From assembly GCF_009914755.1 (NCBI RefSeq), contig NC_060925.1: a stretch of DNA of 64,000 nt; one strand, written 5' to 3'. The notes under the pieces were generated by a model. The model did no database searches. It worked only from the letters and a program-made list of their open reading frames with translations, and had not been told where the DNA came from. The position numbers were made by a program, and so were the translations under genes. Every line of letters starts with the position of its first letter. The first letter of the stretch is position 1. The stretch comes from the human T2T-CHM13v2.0 reference genome, Homo sapiens. Of this stretch, positions 48,997-64,000 are shown in pieces.

Positions 48997-49086
48997 GTCA
49001 TTGATAAGAGCAAGCGGGATCCTTCAGAAGAGATTGAGATTCTTCTGCGGTATGGCCAGCACCCCAACATCATCACTCTGAAAGAT
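48997..49086 (+). CDS. RPS6KA1: RSK1 exon 16 ([30 protein letters not shown])
   Basis: AG/GT boundaries. Confidence 0.97.
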
Positions 49087-49456
49087 GTGAGTGGGGGTCC
49101 TTAAGACTGGGGTGGGGACCAGGAACTCAACTCTCAGGATTTGTCTCAGGATTGCCATTCCTTTGACTTCTCATCCTCTTTCCAGTGGTCATGTGGAGGG
49201 GAAGGAGGTCCCTTGGTCCCTTCAGTCTGCCCATACCCCAAGGGCCCTCCTTCAGACTCAGACATTTTCTGAGGACCTTCTTGCGTATCAGGAGACCAGT
49301 GTCAGCATCCTCCTTTTGGGGAAGGCAGGACCACTGAAGAGCAAGCAGAACACCTGCCCAAGGCTCATGTCATTCTTCCCTGCTCTGGGGCGCTGCTGAC
49401 CAGGGGGCTCAGGCCTGACACTGGGGAGAAGAGCCTGATGGTGAGGTCTTCGGCAG

Positions 49457-49615
49457 GTGTATGATGATGGCAAACACGTGTACCTGGTGACAGAGCTGAT
49501 GCGGGGTGGGGAGCTGCTGGACAAGATCCTGCGGCAGAAGTTCTTCTCAGAGCGGGAGGCCAGCTTTGTCCTGCACACCATTGGCAAAACTGTGGAGTAT
49601 CTGCACTCACAGGGG
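49457..49615 (+). CDS. RPS6KA1: RSK1 exon 17 ([18 protein letters not shown]...YLHSQG)
   Basis: cggcag acceptor, GGG|GTGAGT donor; frame continuous. Confidence 0.96.
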
Positions 49616-49872
49616 GTGAGTCTGGATTCGGGGAGGCAGTAGGGGGATGCCAAGGGTCATATCATCAGCAGAGAACATGAACCACCTGCTGGCCCAGGAA
49701 TGGCAGCCTCCAGCTAGCCAAACTGAGGGGACACTAGGGCTGGGTGGGTGGATGCGTGCAAAGGAAGGAGGGAGAGATGTGGCCAATTGTGAAAGGGAAG
49801 GTATGGAAAGTTATTCAGTATCTACTGTGTGCCAGGCACCATGGTAAGGTTTAGCATAAGATGAAGTTTCCA

Positions 49873-59089
<9,217 letters not shown>

Positions 59090-59401
59090 TTAAGATTTTG
59101 ACCTAAGTAACAGGAAGGATGGAGTTGCCACAAGGTAAGATTATGTGATGAGTAGGTTTTAGGGGAGAATTGAGAGTTCAGTTTTGACAGGTTAACTTAG
59201 AGCTACCTGTAGACACCTACACAGAGTCAGTAGCAGCAGCAATAAGACCATCATTTCAGCCCCTTCCCCTTCTCTCGGATGCCAAGTCCATGCACCCGTC
59301 CCTCTGCACCCTGTCTGTGTAGCTTTCTAATCTCTGGCCGCTGACCTGGGCCACTAGCCACCTCCCCACACTGAGAACTGACCCCAGCCCCCTGCCCCTA
59401 G

Positions 59402-59722
<321 letters not shown>

Positions 59723-59777
59723 TGAGGGGAGTAGCAGGAAACATCTGTGGCGACTTTCTACTGCCCCCCCAGACTGA

Positions 59778-59879
<102 letters not shown>

Positions 59880-60128
59880 TGAGTGCCCCTGGCCTGGACC
59901 CTTCCCCACTCCTGCAGCCCTAGCACTTGGGCTGAGTGGTGCTTGTCTGATAGGAATGGCTCAGCCAGCCCCGCCCCAGGATGGTCTGGAAATAGGGACA
60001 TGCTCCTGCCTCCAGGAGCTCTACCTTGGGAGTACCCCATCTGAGGGGGAGACACAGTCTCCCACCGCAGCCCCAGCCCCAGTATGGAGGCCAGAGTCTG
60101 TACCCAGACCGTGCGGGCTTTTCTGCAG

Positions 60129-60246
60129 ATATACTCCATTTGCCAACGGTCCCAGTGACACACCAGAGGAAATCCTAACCCGGATCGGCAGTGGGAAGTT
60201 TACCCTCAGTGGGGGAAATTGGAACACAGTTTCAGAGACAGCCAAG
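60129..60246 (+). CDS. RPS6KA1: RSK1 exon 20 ([14 protein letters not shown]...SETAK)
   Basis: AG/GT boundaries. Confidence 0.97.
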
Positions 60247-61176
60247 GTGAGTCTGTACGGCCTGCGTGGGCTTATTTGGAGGAGGGAGGCAGGGTCCCAT
60301 CCTAGGGCTTTTCAGCAGTTCATGAACAGCCTCATTTCTCCAAGCGGATGTTCCACAAATCCCTGTTGCTGTATTTCTCCAAGCGGAAGATTCCCAGGCA
60401 GACCACCACCACCTCCGTACCTTGTTGGGGTAACCTGGTGATCATTCATTGGCCCTTCTCATTCTGGACCCTGTGGGGCACTGAGGGCTGCATCATCACA
60501 GTCCCGGCTTTGTGGAAACGTAGTGTAGTGAGGGATACAGGTTTGCACACAAGGGGCAGAGATGCCTGGAGGCACAGATAGGCGGACGCTCTTGGCCAGG
60601 GGTGTGGACCGTGGAGACACAGAGCAGAGCAACTGGCCATGCCAAGCAGAGCCTCCTCGGAGGAAGTAGCATGTGAGCTTTCAGTATTAGCAACAGTTTT
60701 TGGTCATTGGGAACCTGTATGCCAGACAGAGTTGAACCCTCTATGTACGGCCGGCCACCTCACATCAACCTGTGAGGCAGGGAGTGGTTATTCCTATTTC
60801 TCAGCAGGGAAACTGAGGCTCAGAGAGTTGAAGGAACTTGCCCAGGGCACTCATTTGATGAGTGCAGAAGGCAAGTTTTGAACCTGAATCTGTCTGAGCC
60901 CAAACATGAGGCTTTTCCCACCTTCCCACATGGCTTTTTGAAGGCAAAGGAGAAATGGAAGGGTGTTCCAGGACGAAGGGCCTAGAGCAGCAAAGGCCCA
61001 GCGACAGGAACCTTGGCTGTGTGCGGGGAGCCCTGGAGCAGAGTGGAGAATGGATCCCAGGGGCTGCCGCAAGGGTTCAGGCGGGAGCTAGCAGGAGATG
61101 GTTGCCCTCCTGTGCCCCATCAGGGGCCTGCTGCCCTGCAGCCCTCCCCCAACCCCCTTGCCCACTGTGTCCCCAG

Positions 61177-61314
61177 GACCTGGTGTCCAAGATGCTACAC
61201 GTGGATCCCCACCAGCGCCTCACAGCTAAGCAGGTTCTGCAGCATCCATGGGTCACCCAGAAAGACAAGCTTCCCCAAAGCCAGCTGTCCCACCAGGACC
61301 TACAGCTTGTGAAG
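61177..61314 (+). CDS. RPS6KA1: RSK1 exon 21 ([15 protein letters not shown]...LQLVK)
   Basis: AG/GT boundaries. Confidence 0.97.
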
Positions 61315-61610
61315 GTATGGCCACCCTTGGGCTGCTGGGCATCTGGGGGGTCAGCCCAAGGTGGCATGGTCAGGGACTTGTGGAAGAGCCAGGCAATGCC
61401 ATGTCTGTACCAAGCACCATGAGGTGGAACATAGGAGAAGAAGACACAGCCCTGCCGTCAGGGAGCCTAACATGCTACAGTGTCACGGTGCACTCACAGC
61501 CCCCAATCCTCTGGAAGGCACAGCTGCTGACCTCTGAACCCTCCAGTCTGATGGGGGAGGCAGGACCCATGACCATAAAGGACCACTGAGGCTGGATTAA
61601 CAGTGGGCTA

Positions 61611-62155
<545 letters not shown>

Positions 62156-62985
62156 GGCACCAGGGCATTCGGGCCACAGGGCGGTGCTAGCTTGACAGAG
62201 TCAGCATGCTTCCCAGAGGGAGCAGGCCGGAACCACAGGGCCAGAGGGAGCTGGAACCCGAGGGGCCGGGGAAGCTGCCAGCCCAGAACACCCCTAATGA
62301 GGGTGTGAGAAGTGCCTTCTCCTTCCCCAGGATGGACTCTTCTCGGCTCAGGCTCTGCTGGTGGAAAGCGATTCACTGTATAAACTTTTTTTTATGAAAA
62401 AAATGGCATCAACCACCATGGATTTTTACAAGATCCATTTGCCTTTCTGGGAGCAGAAACAGCCATTGCGGCCCCAGGAGGGGAACTGAGTCACGCTGGG
62501 GCTCTCTGAGACTCTTTAGAGCAGCTTTGGGATCCCACCCTGGGGACCCCCACGATTGGCCACCTGTAGCCATCTGCACACACCTCCGAGACAGTCCAGT
62601 GTCACCTCTCTCAGAGCATCTGGCTGTTTAGCAGAACTCATTCTATCCCCAATCAGCTCCTTTTCCGTTCTGTTCTGCTGGGAGTTCTAGAACCACTTCC
62701 TGCTACAGGAGGGGTCTCATGTCCTGCTGGCTTCCAGCTTCAGGCACCAGCATCCACCTTGGCTCTGCCAGTGGATCCCCTGCGGTCAGGCTGGGCAGCC
62801 CCAGAGAGAGGATGTGGAAAGCACTTTTTGGCTGACTTCATCTGGGGTTGGCAACAGGACAGAGTTCACAGGAGGCCAGTGGGCGGGCCATGAGGGACAG
62901 GGTCTTTTTTCATTTCTTCCTCAGCTGGTTACTCAGGGTTCATCTGTCCATGGCCTTTCTAATAAACTGTTGAGTTGAAGCACGC
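62156..62985 (+). other. RPS6KA1: RPS6KA1 3' UTR
   Basis: From the stop codon to about 20 nt past the first AATAAA. Confidence 0.85.
62961..62966 (+). terminator. Polyadenylation signal AATAAA
   Basis: First canonical hexamer after the stop codon; pyrimidine-rich sequence downstream. Confidence 0.88.
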
Positions 62986-63845
62986 TCTCCTGCACTCTTC
63001 ATCCCTGAATTTACCCTCTCTCTGCTATCGGATGTTGAAGACATTGGCAGTGACAGAAAATGGGCCAGGGCCAGTTAGCCCAGCTGCTTGGAACCAGGTC
63101 ATCTGGGGAGTGTGTGGGAATCCCGCTGGCCTGGCCCACGTGTTCCTGCCAGGGGATTCCATTATGGTATTGATAACAGTATTATTAGCCAATGGTGACC
63201 AAGTGCCAGGCACTATGCCTGGGCCTCACATGAATATCTCATTTAATCTTAACCCTGTGAGGTAGATGCTCTGTATTATCCCTGTTTTATAGATGGGGAA
63301 ACAGGCTCAAGTTGGGGAATGACATTTTCTCATGCAGTATTTTCTGAGCACTCATTCTGGCCCTGTTCTGGATGCTGGTGAACCAGGTAAAGAACAAGGT
63401 CATTGTGTCCAGGGGTCTTACTTCCCAGTAGGGGAAACGGACACTTAACAAGCCATGGTCAGCTACTGATAAGACACATACAGAATTAAACTGGGGTGAG
63501 ATATTGGGTAATCAGGGAAGGCCATTCTGGGGAGGTAACCCAGGAGCTGAGATCTGAATGGTGAGAAGGGGTCAGCCAAGACTGGTAGGCAGAGGGCAGT
63601 CAGGACAAAGGCCATGAGGGGGAAACAGGCTCGGTGTGCTCAGGGATGAGAGGAGGCTGATGTAGCTGTGACCCCAGAGCCAGGCGTTTGCCCAAGATGA
63701 GGCTGGAAAGGAGGCAGAGGCCAGTTATGCTAGGCACTGTAAGCCAGGATTAGGCGTGCATTTAATTCTGAGTGAGGCGCAAGCTCCTAAAATAATTTGA
63801 GCAGGAAAGTGACATGATTTGATCATGATTTGATTCACATTTTTA

Positions 63846-64000
<155 letters not shown>

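Noticed and set aside
60334-60387. 15-bp direct repeat ATTTCTCCAAGCGGA, 39 bp apart
   Set aside because: Most likely a small local slippage duplication; no element lies between the copies.

Overview
Human-type (primate, Alu-rich) genomic DNA containing the complete RPS6KA1 gene (p90 ribosomal S6 kinase 1, RSK1) on the + strand. It has a CpG-island promoter (~17.5-18.1 kb) and 22 GT-AG coding exons (17873-62155). These add up to 2208 nt, i.e. 735 aa plus stop, with the N-terminal AGC and C-terminal CaMK-type kinase domains. There are two further phase-0 alternative first coding exons (31115-31174 and 33855-33989), a polyA signal at 62961, and the MIR1976 hairpin abutting the exon 9 acceptor. 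Upstream (1-17.5 kb) is TE-dense intergenic DNA with a Tigger1 fragment, many Alus and a DPPA2 processed pseudogene (minus strand). The most interesting less obvious structures are: (1) an apparent L1-mediated 3' transduction inserted into a MER58; (2) target-site duplications showing that Alu fragments belong to the DPPA2 retrocopy's 5' UTR; (3) a strong-Kozak out-of-frame uORF overlapping the start of the MEQDPK isoform; (4) an old 31-bp degenerate minisatellite directly upstream of an NF-kB/RUNX/PU.1-motif internal promoter; (5) a 71-bp non-TE direct duplication 3.9 kb apart in intron 2; (6) a Roquin/Regnase-type triloop hairpin in the 3' UTR. I see no CRISPR or prokaryotic-type system and no evidence for a wholly new gene. 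Repeat subfamily calls were made by eye and repeat boundaries are approximate.
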